A stretch of 62,362 nucleotides of DNA from a virus (Duplodnaviria; Caudoviricetes). The notes beneath the pieces were generated by a model. That model did not search any database. It had not been told where the DNA came from and worked only from the letters and a program-made list of their open reading frames with translations. Made by a program: the position numbers and the translations under genes. The stretch covers positions 1-62,362 of the IMG/VR virus record IMGVR_UViG_3300037493_001856; one strand, given 5' to 3'. Below are positions 25,617-33,611 of the stretch, piece after piece. How positions within the stretch are numbered: position 1 is the first letter of the stretch; each line of letters starts with the position of its first letter.

Positions 25617-27497
25617 TTACTCCTTCCATTCTTTGAGGTCACCCCAACGTTTACCCACCTTGCTATCCCAAGGAAGCGGTATGGGGGGAGTGAAACCCCA
25701 CGCCCGGGCATACGGCAAACTCAACAGCAACTGCTTGATCTCTGGTACGCACTTCGCTACTTTCTCGTCCGGTACATACAGGTAGATACCATCGTGAAGC
25801 TCCCATGCAAAGCGTATTCCGTGTGTCACCATGTACGGTCGCAGCACGGCAAGCGCGAGGTACTTTTGATCTGCTCCTGTCCCTTGAATCCTGTAGTTGA
25901 TCGCCGTCGATGCCAGCGACCAGCCGTTACTGCCATCGAAGTTGTCCAGCAACTGCACCCTGCGCCCTGCGAATGTCTCTACGTACTTGCTCGTCCTGCA
26001 CTCAGCGATCTGTCTGTCCCAGTATTTTGGCACATCTGGGTAGGATTGCAAGTACGTTTTGCGAATTGCCGTCGCTTCGTCGATCTCCATCGGGAGGCCG
26101 TACTGCACGCGCGCGACTGACCGCAGCTTACCTGCCGACGTGCGGTACTGCAAGGCCAGATTCGCCACCTTTCCGAGCTGCCGCGCGTCCTTCGCTGCCT
26201 TCTCTCCGGCGTGCACCGCCTCGACCAGCTCTCGGTAATCCTTGCCGACGATCCGTGACCCCATGAACCCGTGGGCATCCTCTCCCGGCAGGCATAGCTT
26301 CAGCATGGTTTCGTCGCCAGACGCGATGGCCATCCACCTGAACTCTTGGCCGGCGGCGTCGAACTCGCAGATCGTGTAGCCGTCAGGTGCCTTGATACCG
26401 TTCCGGTAATCCTTGCCCCGCTTCATCTGGTGCAACGCGAACCCTGTCGGGCGCTCGTCCTTGTTCTTCCCCTGCTTGGAGTAGTAGGTCATTCGTCCAG
26501 AATACGTTCCGAAGATTGCCGCCTGTGGCCGCGTGCGCCCGTCGCCGTTATACGCCACTGACGCGGTCAGGGTCTCGGAGAACTTGGTCAGGTTACCCAA
26601 CGCTTCGCGATACTCCTTCAGGGTTTTCGCTCTTGGGTCTTCAAACGCCAGCTCGTAGAGCGTTTCCTTGTCCGTCGAGTTCGCCCCGGTGTTGGTCTGC
26701 TTCACTGGCTTGAGCCCCCACGTATCGAACAAGAGCGTGGCCAACTGCTTGGGTGACCGGACGACCTTCTCGGTAACTCCGTAGGGAGACAGTTCCTCAA
26801 GGCACTTCGCCGCTGTCGCGATCAGGTCCACGGCAAGCTGATCAACTGACTGCGTATCAACGAGCATCCCCTCCACCCAAGCACTGGCCACCAGCGGCAA
26901 GGACCGGGACTCCAGCAGGGCGGCGGCAAGCCGGCGCGGATCGGCAGCAAGCTGGTTGTAGAACCGCTTGACCAAGGCGAGGGTGAACACCACGTCCTTC
27001 TCGCAGTAATGCGCAAGGCGGGCCCGTGCCTCGGGGGAGGGGTCATGGAAGTCCACGTTCTCCTCGTAGCCGGCGTGTTGCGGCAGCAGCTCCTTGACCG
27101 CTGACTTGAGACCATACGACCGCTTCTTGTTCTTGTTGGTAACATCATACTCAGGCTCGATTTCAAGGTGACGCCACAGCAGCATACCGTCCAGCCACTG
27201 GACCCGCATCACCTCGTCAGTCAGTCCGTAGGCACAGCACCACGCGATGTCGAACGCTGTATTCCACCCGACGAGAGTGATCTTGTCCCGCGCGGCGCAG
27301 TCAAGGACGTGCTTGATTCGCTCCTTGGTCGGCGCGAGTATCGACGTGACCTTTGACTTCCCGTGCGACTTGCCGGCCAAGCCGAGGCACGTTACCCATG
27401 ACTGGCCGGTAGCCACGCGATGAGGTTGGAGAGCGTACTCGGGGAGTACGCCGCTCGTCTCAAAGTCAAACGCGCTGAACTTGTTATCGTCCCACAC
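25617..27497 (-). CDS. polA: Family A DNA polymerase with 3'-5' exonuclease
   Basis: DFETSG, WN.AFD; motif A DAAGQEFR; motif B RQLGKVANLALQY; IQGTGAD; motif C LHDG; GTG start inferred. Confidence 0.9.
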   Translation of the reverse strand: MWDDNKFSAFDFETSGVLPEYALQPHRVATGQSWVTCLGLAGKSHGKSKVTSILAPTKERIKHVLDCAARDKITLVGWNTAFDIAWCCAYGLTDEVMRVQWLDGMLLWRHLEIEPEYDVTNKNKKRSYGLKSAVKELLPQHAGYEENVDFHDPSPEARARLAHYCEKDVVFTLALVKRFYNQLAADPRRLAAALLESRSLPLVASAWVEGMLVDTQSVDQLAVDLIATAAKCLEELSPYGVTEKVVRSPKQLATLLFDTWGLKPVKQTNTGANSTDKETLYELAFEDPRAKTLKEYREALGNLTKFSETLTASVAYNGDGRTRPQAAIFGTYSGRMTYYSKQGKNKDERPTGFALHQMKRGKDYRNGIKAPDGYTICEFDAAGQEFRWMAIASGDETMLKLCLPGEDAHGFMGSRIVGKDYRELVEAVHAGEKAAKDARQLGKVANLALQYRTSAGKLRSVARVQYGLPMEIDEATAIRKTYLQSYPDVPKYWDRQIAECRTSKYVETFAGRRVQLLDNFDGSNGWSLASTAINYRIQGTGADQKYLALAVLRPYMVTHGIRFAWELHDGIYLYVPDEKVAKCVPEIKQLLLSLPYARAWGFTPPIPLPWDSKVGKRWGDLKEWKE

Positions 27498-27831
27498 GGG
27501 TGGCAGCTTTCTTCTTCGCCTTCGGCTTTGCAGGCACATCGAACTGCGCACCGGACGAGTATGAGTCTACCGGCATCTCCGGTTCGTCGAACTGCGCGGT
27601 TACGTACAGCCCTTCTGGGGTATCACCGGAGAATAGCGCGGGGGCGTCTGCTTCGCTTACCATCTGGGGCGGGGCAATCCAATCGCCTTTCTCCGGCTTC
27701 GAGATCGCCGCGATATACGTCGTCGCAGCCATCAGGACAGCGTCCTGCGTGTTGCTTGTAGCAACGCCAACAGACGCCAGTGCTGCTTTCAGTTTCGTAA
27801 CCAAGGGGCTCATGCTCATGCTGTTCTCCAT
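27484..27831 (-). CDS. Hypothetical protein
   Basis: Coupled ORF. Confidence 0.5.
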   Translation of the reverse strand: MENSMSMSPLVTKLKAALASVGVATSNTQDAVLMAATTYIAAISKPEKGDWIAPPQMVSEADAPALFSGDTPEGLYVTAQFDEPEMPVDSYSSGAQFDVPAKPKAKKKAATRVGR

Positions 27832-28067
27832 ACTCTGACTTCGTTATCCAACGCACGGACGGTGAACTTCACCGTGCCGCTCTCTTGTTTTGCGTACCTT
27901 GCTGCGGCTCCGCGAAGCCGGTTCTCGACGCGGCTCTGTTCCTCCTGTGTTGTGGTTTTAAGTGCGAACGAATGCCCGACTGACATCTGGGCAAACGGAT
28001 ACGTGGGGTCCTTCTTGGCCTCCCGAGTTATCGGGGGGATCGGTACGTCGGTTTCGATTTGGATCAT
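27816..28067 (-). CDS. Small putative DNA-binding protein
   Basis: IETDVPIP...YPF..M.VG.SF...VRVWR conserved phage motif. Confidence 0.65.
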   Translation of the reverse strand: MIQIETDVPIPPITREAKKDPTYPFAQMSVGHSFALKTTTQEEQSRVENRLRGAAARYAKQESGTVKFTVRALDNEVRVWRTA

Positions 28068-28405
28068 CCTCCTGCCCTCGCAATCTCCCTCTGCAGATAC
28101 CACACGGCCTTCGCTAAATCCTGCACGTAGTTGCCCTTCTCGTTACTACGCCAGATGTACTTGATCGCGTTGCCCACGCAGAAGTTGAAATGCTCCGTGA
28201 CTTGGATGCACTCGACACCGGACGGGTGGGAGGTGTAATGGTACGGGTGATTCACGGGGTCGTCTGTTGCGGCAATTTTACTTGGTTGTCCCCAACGGAA
28301 ATCATCCTCCGCGTCGTCAATCACTTTCACCCGTGCTGCTTCCTCCACCTTCGCTGCCTTGCGACGTGCCCATGATGCCTTCATTGCTTTGCTTCGGTCC
28401 TTCAT
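28064..28405 (-). CDS. DUF3310 (T7 gp1.7-like nucleotide kinase family)
   Basis: DPVNHP.HY...VECI...GNAIKYIWR...DL.KA.WYL; strong RBS. Confidence 0.85.
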   Translation of the reverse strand: MKDRSKAMKASWARRKAAKVEEAARVKVIDDAEDDFRWGQPSKIAATDDPVNHPYHYTSHPSGVECIQVTEHFNFCVGNAIKYIWRSNEKGNYVQDLAKAVWYLQREIARAGG

Positions 28406-28509
28406 TTGATTCTCCTTTCGGTGTATTACGCTTAGTTTATTGACACTATCTTGACCACTCATGTCCGCAGTCAGGACAGCGGAGCGCCACCGTGCGGTCT
28501 TGCTCTTGG

Positions 28510-28773
28510 TCATTTCGCTTCTCCTTCCTCGCTGCCAAACAACAGCGTCGGGATGTGCTGAAACACGCTCTCTGGACGATCCCAAGTTTTCTCGGCCCAA
28601 GTGACTGTGTCGATAAACCACTTGCGAAACTCAGCCGGGTCGCGTCCCTCGGCCATCTCAGCCAGCATGATGTAGTCGCGTAAATGGAACAACTCGCCTT
28701 TGGAATTGCTGTCGAAGATGCGCTTTTCATACTCCTCGATGTTCAGAGCTTTCAGTGCTTCTTGAAATGTCAT
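28510..28773 (-). CDS. Hypothetical protein
   Basis: RBS GGAGG. Confidence 0.55.
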   Translation of the reverse strand: MTFQEALKALNIEEYEKRIFDSNSKGELFHLRDYIMLAEMAEGRDPAEFRKWFIDTVTWAEKTWDRPESVFQHIPTLLFGSEEGEAK

Positions 28774-28792
28774 TTCAATCCTCCCGGTAGCA

Positions 28793-29089
28793 TCATGGCT
28801 TCACCTCTCCTGCTGTAGGCACCCGAGCGGCTAGGCGTTCGATCATGTCGGCGGCACGATCCATAAGCACATCACAGTCACCGGCATTTGGCTCGCCCCG
28901 CAACCTCTCCACCATCTCCCGCACTTCCTCGGACGATGGGGCCGCACGCGCAGAAGTGGCCGTCTCCTCTAGTGCCTCGCGGAGTTGGTCGGCGGAATAA
29001 GACGCTTCCCATCCCCCGCCTTCGTTCGGTGCGGTAAGTTGGTTCGGCATCGTTGGGTACTTTGGATTCCACCAGTGAGTGGGCCTCAT
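28793..29089 (-). CDS. Mosaic hypothetical protein
   Basis: Shares blocks with 29621..30181. Confidence 0.55.
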   Translation of the reverse strand: MRPTHWWNPKYPTMPNQLTAPNEGGGWEASYSADQLREALEETATSARAAPSSEEVREMVERLRGEPNAGDCDVLMDRAADMIERLAARVPTAGEVKP

Positions 29090-29436
29090 GTCTGCTCCTT
29101 CCACTGTTTGATTGCGGCGAGTGCTACGCATAGTTCATGGTCATCATCCAGTTGCCGCTTCTTGATGTGATGGGCAATTACCTCCTCCATCTTCTCCAAC
29201 AACGCGCAGAGTTCGAGGATGGTGGCGGGATCACAGGCAGCGATAAACCTAGCGTTCTTTGGATAGAAGATAACGTCACGAATCAGATCGCTGTACTTAT
29301 ACCAGCGTGGGTTCTCGTTATGGTCTGTTACGCTTGCAGCCTTCGCTGCTTCGACCAGTGCGGTTAGCTTGTTCACCACTTTCGGCTTCCTGACAGAAGC
29401 ACCGCCGAGGCCATCCATTCCTAGTTTGTCGAGCAT
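29086..29436 (-). CDS. Mosaic hypothetical protein (Ead/Ea22-like motif)
   Basis: NARFIAACDPATILEL motif; shares blocks with 30178..31107. Confidence 0.55.
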   Translation of the reverse strand: MLDKLGMDGLGGASVRKPKVVNKLTALVEAAKAASVTDHNENPRWYKYSDLIRDVIFYPKNARFIAACDPATILELCALLEKMEEVIAHHIKKRQLDDDHELCVALAAIKQWKEQT

Positions 29437-29624
29437 GGCAACACCACCTTTAGCCCCAGACCGTTTGCTATCAGGCTGATCGCCATCTCATTCAGCATCT
29501 CTTGGTTGCCAAACAGAATCTTTCCATGCTCCGTATGTATGGCGAAGGCAAGTGTTCTTTCACCATTGGCGTACAGGTAGTCGATGAACTTACCGCAGTC
29601 GGTTTTGAGTTCTTCGTTGGTCAT
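29421..29624 (-). CDS. Hypothetical protein
   Basis: ATGA-coupled; RBS GAGGTG. Confidence 0.55.
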   Translation of the reverse strand: MTNEELKTDCGKFIDYLYANGERTLAFAIHTEHGKILFGNQEMLNEMAISLIANGLGLKVVLPCSTN

Positions 29625-30181
29625 GGCTTCACCTCTCCTGCTGCGATCAGCGCATTCCACTGGTCTTGATACGTCCGGTAGTTTCCCGGTGTAGCGATGA
29701 CACAACGGGCATCCTCTGTGACTTTCCGCCGCACAACCACGCACCCGTCAGGAACCCGAGCGGCTAGGCGTTCGATCAGGTCGGCGGCTTGTTCTTGAAG
29801 CCGGAACAAATCTACCTCATCATTCCTCAACCTCTCCGCCATCTCCCGCACTTCCTCGGACGATGGGGCCGCACACAACGCATCACCCTTGTACCGTCCG
29901 GGCATGATTGTTTCTTGCTGTGGTGCGGGTTCAGTGAGTGGTGGTGCGGTGAAGAACGGTTCCCATCCTCCACCATCATAGGGCTTGGTAAGTTGAACTG
30001 ACAATGATGGGTAACTAGGGTTCCACCAACCGCGTGGCTCCTGCCCCTCCACATAGGCGGCGATCAGGCGGGTGGCGAAGTAGGTAAGCCTCGCTTCTGT
30101 GAAACAAACCTCAGAAGGTTCTACCGTCCACACGCCTACGTCTATAGCAACTTTCAGCGCGAGTTCCTTGATGTCGGTCAT
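29621..30181 (-). CDS. Mosaic hypothetical protein
   Basis: Shares blocks with 28793..29089. Confidence 0.55.
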   Translation of the reverse strand: MTDIKELALKVAIDVGVWTVEPSEVCFTEARLTYFATRLIAAYVEGQEPRGWWNPSYPSLSVQLTKPYDGGGWEPFFTAPPLTEPAPQQETIMPGRYKGDALCAAPSSEEVREMAERLRNDEVDLFRLQEQAADLIERLAARVPDGCVVVRRKVTEDARCVIATPGNYRTYQDQWNALIAAGEVKP

Positions 30182-31107
30182 GTCTTGCTCCTTTCGATTT
30201 CGTCAATCAAGCGGCGAAGCTCTAGTTCAACCGCAGTACTTGTGTGTTCCGATCCACGCCCTGTAAAACGAGCAGCCGCCTCACGCAGTACCTCCACCTT
30301 CGCTTGCCGGAGTTGGTCGGCGATTGCAGCTAAATCCGATTGACGCACCGACAGAAGATTCTCGTGTTGCTGTCGCCACTCGTTACGATCGTTGGTCATA
30401 GCTTCAAGTTTCTTGGCGTAGGCCATCATTCCTTTGCCCGCGCCTTCAATCTCTCCGCAGTGCCTACATGCCGGCCTCATGTCTGATCCTTTCCACTGTT
30501 TGATTGCGGCGAGGGTTTCGGTAACTGCAATATCCAGAGAGCTACTCGGCCACATGTTCATTACCTTTTGAGTGTCTGCAAGAACGTCCTCTGCCTTCTC
30601 CAACAGGGCGCAGAGTTCGAGGATGGTGTCGCCGTAACCGTTAAGCGCATCAGCATACCGTTCCCGCTCCTGCGCCAGCCGATCCATCAGCGCGGAGTCG
30701 TCGGTTGGGTGGGCGAGTGCCTTCTTCGCTACACACCCACCGCAGTCGGTGTATCCATCCCCTCCTCGGCCACACCAACCTTCGCAGTATTGATCTTCGT
30801 AGTATTGCAGCGCCTCCCGCAGCTTCGCCTCCTGTGCTTGAGCGGCTTGCAATTCGCGCAGGTAGTGATCACGCTCGTCGAGCGCCTTGTGCGTGAGTTC
30901 GTCGGCTTGTGCGGCGGCGAGTTGTTCGCGCAGTTCAATAATTACACCGGAAGCATGTAACAAGTTCGCTTCATCCTCAGCAACCTGAGCGCGTAGGGCT
31001 TCGATGTCGTCAGGCTCATGGCCTGCTTGCCAGTTGTGGTTCATTTCATGTATCTCCCGTTGTGTCAGCGCATCCAACGTCATCGTCATTTCAGCGAGTT
31101 GGCCCAT
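30178..31107 (-). CDS. Mosaic coiled-coil hypothetical protein (probable two-gene fusion)
   Basis: Contains a gene-junction module with a 1-nt insertion near 30491. Confidence 0.55.
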   Translation of the reverse strand: MGQLAEMTMTLDALTQREIHEMNHNWQAGHEPDDIEALRAQVAEDEANLLHASGVIIELREQLAAAQADELTHKALDERDHYLRELQAAQAQEAKLREALQYYEDQYCEGWCGRGGDGYTDCGGCVAKKALAHPTDDSALMDRLAQERERYADALNGYGDTILELCALLEKAEDVLADTQKVMNMWPSSSLDIAVTETLAAIKQWKGSDMRPACRHCGEIEGAGKGMMAYAKKLEAMTNDRNEWRQQHENLLSVRQSDLAAIADQLRQAKVEVLREAAARFTGRGSEHTSTAVELELRRLIDEIERSKT

Positions 31108-31292
31108 CGCAGCTCATCAGACCGTGACCACGCTCTGGGAAGAAGAGCTTGCGTCACGGCGGCGAGTTGTTCTCGGTAGTGATCAGCCTCGTTGATCCAT
31201 CCATCCCGCTCCTGTGTCAGCCCAGCAACCTTCTCACGCAGGGCTTCGATTTCTGTTTGCAGTTCTTGCGGTGATTTGTTTAGGTCACTCAT
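31086..31292 (-). CDS. Hypothetical protein
   Basis: RBS AAGGAG; IEALR and REQLAA shared with the downstream ORF. Confidence 0.5.
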   Translation of the reverse strand: MSDLNKSPQELQTEIEALREKVAGLTQERDGWINEADHYREQLAAVTQALLPRAWSRSDELRWANSLK

Positions 31293-31327
31293 CGGGTTCT
31301 CCTTGTAAGGCTTCCTTCGTTCTCCGT

Positions 31328-31455
31328 GTCTAACTTGCCAGTTCATTTCACTCTCCTTTGATTGTCCGGTATTCGACAGGATGTTTGGCTTCAACGGGTT
31401 ACCGCCGCGTGATGGAATGTTTTGCGTCTTTTAGGGGGTCTACTTAGCGTTATGC
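31328..31455 (+). mobile_element. Degenerate att-like site 1 (array boundary; long attC-like or attI-like)
   Basis: GTCTAAC at 31328 and GGTCTAC-ttagc-GTTATGC ending 31455; no good internal stem. Confidence 0.5.
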
Positions 31456-31707
31456 CCCTTCGGGTACGGCAACCGTGTTGTGCGGGCACCGATCAAGGCA
31501 AACCAACCGCCGAAGCTCAACCACATCACCCTCCTTTTCGCCGTAGCGTTTCCATGCCGTTGTCGATAGCGGCCCGAACAGCACGGCTCCGATCATCTCC
31601 CCCGCTTCGTAGAGCGCAAACGCCATGCTCACCTTGCAGCCGTTGATGCTCTTGCTGTAGTGGTGTTCCTCAATGAATGGCCGCACTACCGCAACCGCCA
31701 CGGGCAT
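31450..31707 (-). pseudogene. Cassette 1: N-terminal fragment of a Mom-like (GNAT) DNA-modification protein
   Basis: FIEEHHYS...IGAVLFG...VELRRLVC.D.CPHNT then early stop in the att core; no clear RBS. Confidence 0.55.
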
Positions 31708-31779
31708 AACACGGCGGTCAACACGGACGCCTGCCGGCGATAAAGCCGCCGTCATGCGCCGGTTACCTCAGCGTTAGCC
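31704..31779 (+). mobile_element. attC site 2
   Basis: GCATAAC..GGT[C]AAC[A]CGG[A]CGC / GCGCCGGTTACC..GTTAGCC. Confidence 0.9.
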
Positions 31780-31780
31780 G

Positions 31781-32002
31781 TCACCATGACATCGTGTCGC
31801 GCAGGGTGGAAATCTTCACGTTGTAAAGGCCTGTAGCCTTCATTTCTTCCATCGCGTTTTCCAACATCGCCAGCCGTTCCTTCTGCTCGGCAATCTTGCG
31901 CTCCAAGTTCTCGCCGCACGTCATCTGCTGCATCGGGTCTTTGTCTTTGCAGTAGCCAAGGGTATTCCCTGCCGGCATCATCACTTGGTTTCCTTCGTAC
32001 AT
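31781..32002 (-). CDS. Cassette 2: coiled-coil hypothetical protein
   Basis: RBS AAGGA; fills the cassette. Confidence 0.65.
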   Translation of the reverse strand: MYEGNQVMMPAGNTLGYCKDKDPMQQMTCGENLERKIAEQKERLAMLENAMEEMKATGLYNVKISTLRDTMSW

Positions 32003-32044
32003 GGTCATTCCTTTATTCAGTTGCCGTGGTTTACGTGGGCGCAC

Positions 32045-32111
32045 GGCTAACCCGTCGTTCCAGCGGAGCTACGCAATAAGGCCGCTTGCGCCGGTTATTT
32101 CTGCGTTAGCC
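32045..32111 (+). mobile_element. attC site 3 (hybrid, mismatched arms)
   Basis: GGCTAAC..TTCCAGCGGAGCTACGC / GCGCCGGTTATT..GTTAGCC. Confidence 0.75.
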
Positions 32112-32112
32112 G

Positions 32113-32370
32113 TCACAGTTGCGTGTATCCGCTCTCGAAAGCGCCTGCCGGTGAAAACGACTTGTAGCCGTCCTCATAGACCACGTAGTAGCCGCCGACT
32201 TCGGGCTTGTGTTTTGCCACGTATTCCGGCGACAGCGGCACTTTGTCGTAGCCTTCTTCGGCGGGCTGGAAATACACACCACCGTGCTGGTCGCCAACAA
32301 TCCCGGCAATCTTCAAAGCCCACACTTTCTTGTGGCATTCGTACTTCGGCATTTCGCGGCTTGCGTTCAT
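32113..32370 (-). CDS. Cassette 3: phage protein with YYVVYEDGYKSFSP..FE.GY motif
   Basis: RBS GAGGA; motif resembles the domain often fused N-terminally to DUF2829. Confidence 0.65.
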   Translation of the reverse strand: MNASREMPKYECHKKVWALKIAGIVGDQHGGVYFQPAEEGYDKVPLSPEYVAKHKPEVGGYYVVYEDGYKSFSPAGAFESGYTQL

Positions 32371-32409
32371 GTTTCTGTCCTCAAAAACCGTGGCTTCATC
32401 GGGCGTCAC

Positions 32410-32467
32410 GGCTAACCCGTCAATCAACCCGGACGGCTTTCAGCCGCCGGTTAGCTCTACGTTAGGC
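32410..32467 (+). mobile_element. attC site 4
   Basis: GGCTAAC..T[C]AAC[C]CGG[A]CGGC / GCCGCCGGTTAG..GTTAGGC. Confidence 0.9.
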
Positions 32468-32991
32468 CCCATGCCGAGTAGTGCTGTTAACTTTATCGGA
32501 GCGCAATTCGCCCCGTTCGCTTGCACTCCGTTCAACCTTGGGCGCAGGCAGTGGATATAAAGCGACTCCAACCTGTCCAGAGCATCAACAGAGCACGGAA
32601 CGAACGCATAGCGGTCAAACCGCTTTCCTGTGTGCTGTCCAATCCGAGAGTAGACATTCACGGCCTGCCCGACGTAAACAACCTCGTCCCCGTCGAGCAA
32701 GAAATACACCCCACTTGCCTTCGCCCACGGCAAGGCCGCTTTCGCTATTTCGTCCTCTCTCAGAAGCGCCGATCCAACCACAGCAGCAGAAACGGAGTGC
32801 ATTGTTTCCATGCGTTGCAGCGCGTCTAGCCTTTCTTCCAGTTCGGCTATCTGGCGGTGCAGTCCGCCAGCGTATTTGAGCGCATCTTGTCTTGCCGCAT
32901 CTTCAGCATCACGTCTTGCTCGGCGCGTAGCGTGGGCCTTTGCAGCAATCGCCTTGCGTTCTTCTGGCGTCTTGTTTTGCATCGGGTTCAT
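32440..32991 (-). CDS. Cassette 4: GIY-YIG-domain protein
   Basis: SGVYFL...VVYVGQA...SRI..H...LE..YI...P.LN; RBS GGAGG; C-terminus reads into attC 4 (PNVELTGG). Confidence 0.75.
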   Translation of the reverse strand: MNPMQNKTPEERKAIAAKAHATRRARRDAEDAARQDALKYAGGLHRQIAELEERLDALQRMETMHSVSAAVVGSALLREDEIAKAALPWAKASGVYFLLDGDEVVYVGQAVNVYSRIGQHTGKRFDRYAFVPCSVDALDRLESLYIHCLRPRLNGVQANGANCAPIKLTALLGMGPNVELTGG

Positions 32992-33003
32992 TTTTCCTCC
33001 AGT

Positions 33004-33060
33004 GCCTAACCCGGCAGTCCAGCGGACGCCGTGCCGGCGCCGCTGACTTTTGCGTTAGGC
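33004..33060 (+). mobile_element. attC site 5
   Basis: GCCTAAC..AGTC[C]AGCGG[A]CGCCG / CGGCGCCGCTGACT..GTTAGGC. Confidence 0.92.
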
Positions 33061-33327
33061 ACACCACCCGCAACAACCGAATGACAGCCCTGCCTCAAGC
33101 TGTCCGGCAATGATCGAGTATTCAGCCTCGTTGATTCCGTATTTCTCCAGCACTTCTGGTTTCGGCGGAACGCGAGTAAATTGCATGTCACCGCAAGCGT
33201 AGTACTCTGCGTTTTCGGCGTCCCTGTCGTATTTCTCTCCAAAGTCTTCGCTGTCGGCGTCAATGTCGTTAATCGTGAAAGTCGGCGTGTAACACAGTGC
33301 CGATCCAAATTCGAGTTCGAGTTTCAT
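33055..33327 (-). CDS. Cassette 5: acidic Cys-containing hypothetical protein
   Basis: RBS AGGAG; ends GCCGWCA with its stop inside the att core. Confidence 0.7.
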   Translation of the reverse strand: MKLELEFGSALCYTPTFTINDIDADSEDFGEKYDRDAENAEYYACGDMQFTRVPPKPEVLEKYGINEAEYSIIAGQLEAGLSFGCCGWCA

Positions 33328-33341
33328 GCTCTCTCCTGTGT

Positions 33342-33404
33342 GCCTAACATTTGCGTCAACGCGGACGCTTCGCAAGCTACGCGCCGGTTACGCCAGCGTT
33401 AGGA
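33342..33404 (+). mobile_element. attC site 6
   Basis: GCCTAAC..GCGT[C]AAC[G]CGG[A]CGC / GCGCCGGTTACGC..GTTAGGA. Confidence 0.9.
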
Positions 33405-33605
33405 ACCGCGCCGCACATCGGCCAGCGCCTTCGATAAATCCATGCTTGCCCGTTTCGCTGCCGCGCAGTGCTGCCCGCCGCAATAGTAGGGGTCTCCCTT
33501 GGCGTATTCAGTGCTTCCAGCGCACCGCTTCACAACGTCTGCCACTGCCAAAAACCTCTTGGCTTCGGCAACGGCTTTGTCCAGCGTCTTTACTCTAATG
33601 CTCAT
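33399..33605 (-). CDS. Cassette 6: small helical hypothetical protein
   Basis: AVAEAKRFL...AAAKRASMDLS.ALA..R; stop inside the att core. Confidence 0.7.
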   Translation of the reverse strand: MSIRVKTLDKAVAEAKRFLAVADVVKRCAGSTEYAKGDPYYCGGQHCAAAKRASMDLSKALADVRRGS

Positions 33606-33611
33606 GTCGTT

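Noticed and set aside
28793-31292. Diversity-generating retroelement template/variable repeats
   Set aside because: No reverse transcriptase; the blocks are short and interspersed rather than one long TR/VR pair with adenine-specific changes
32001-33598. Plus-strand ORFs across the cassette array as the real cargo
   Set aside because: They cross att sites and lack RBSs or motifs, while the minus-strand ORFs fit cassette boundaries and mostly have clear RBSs
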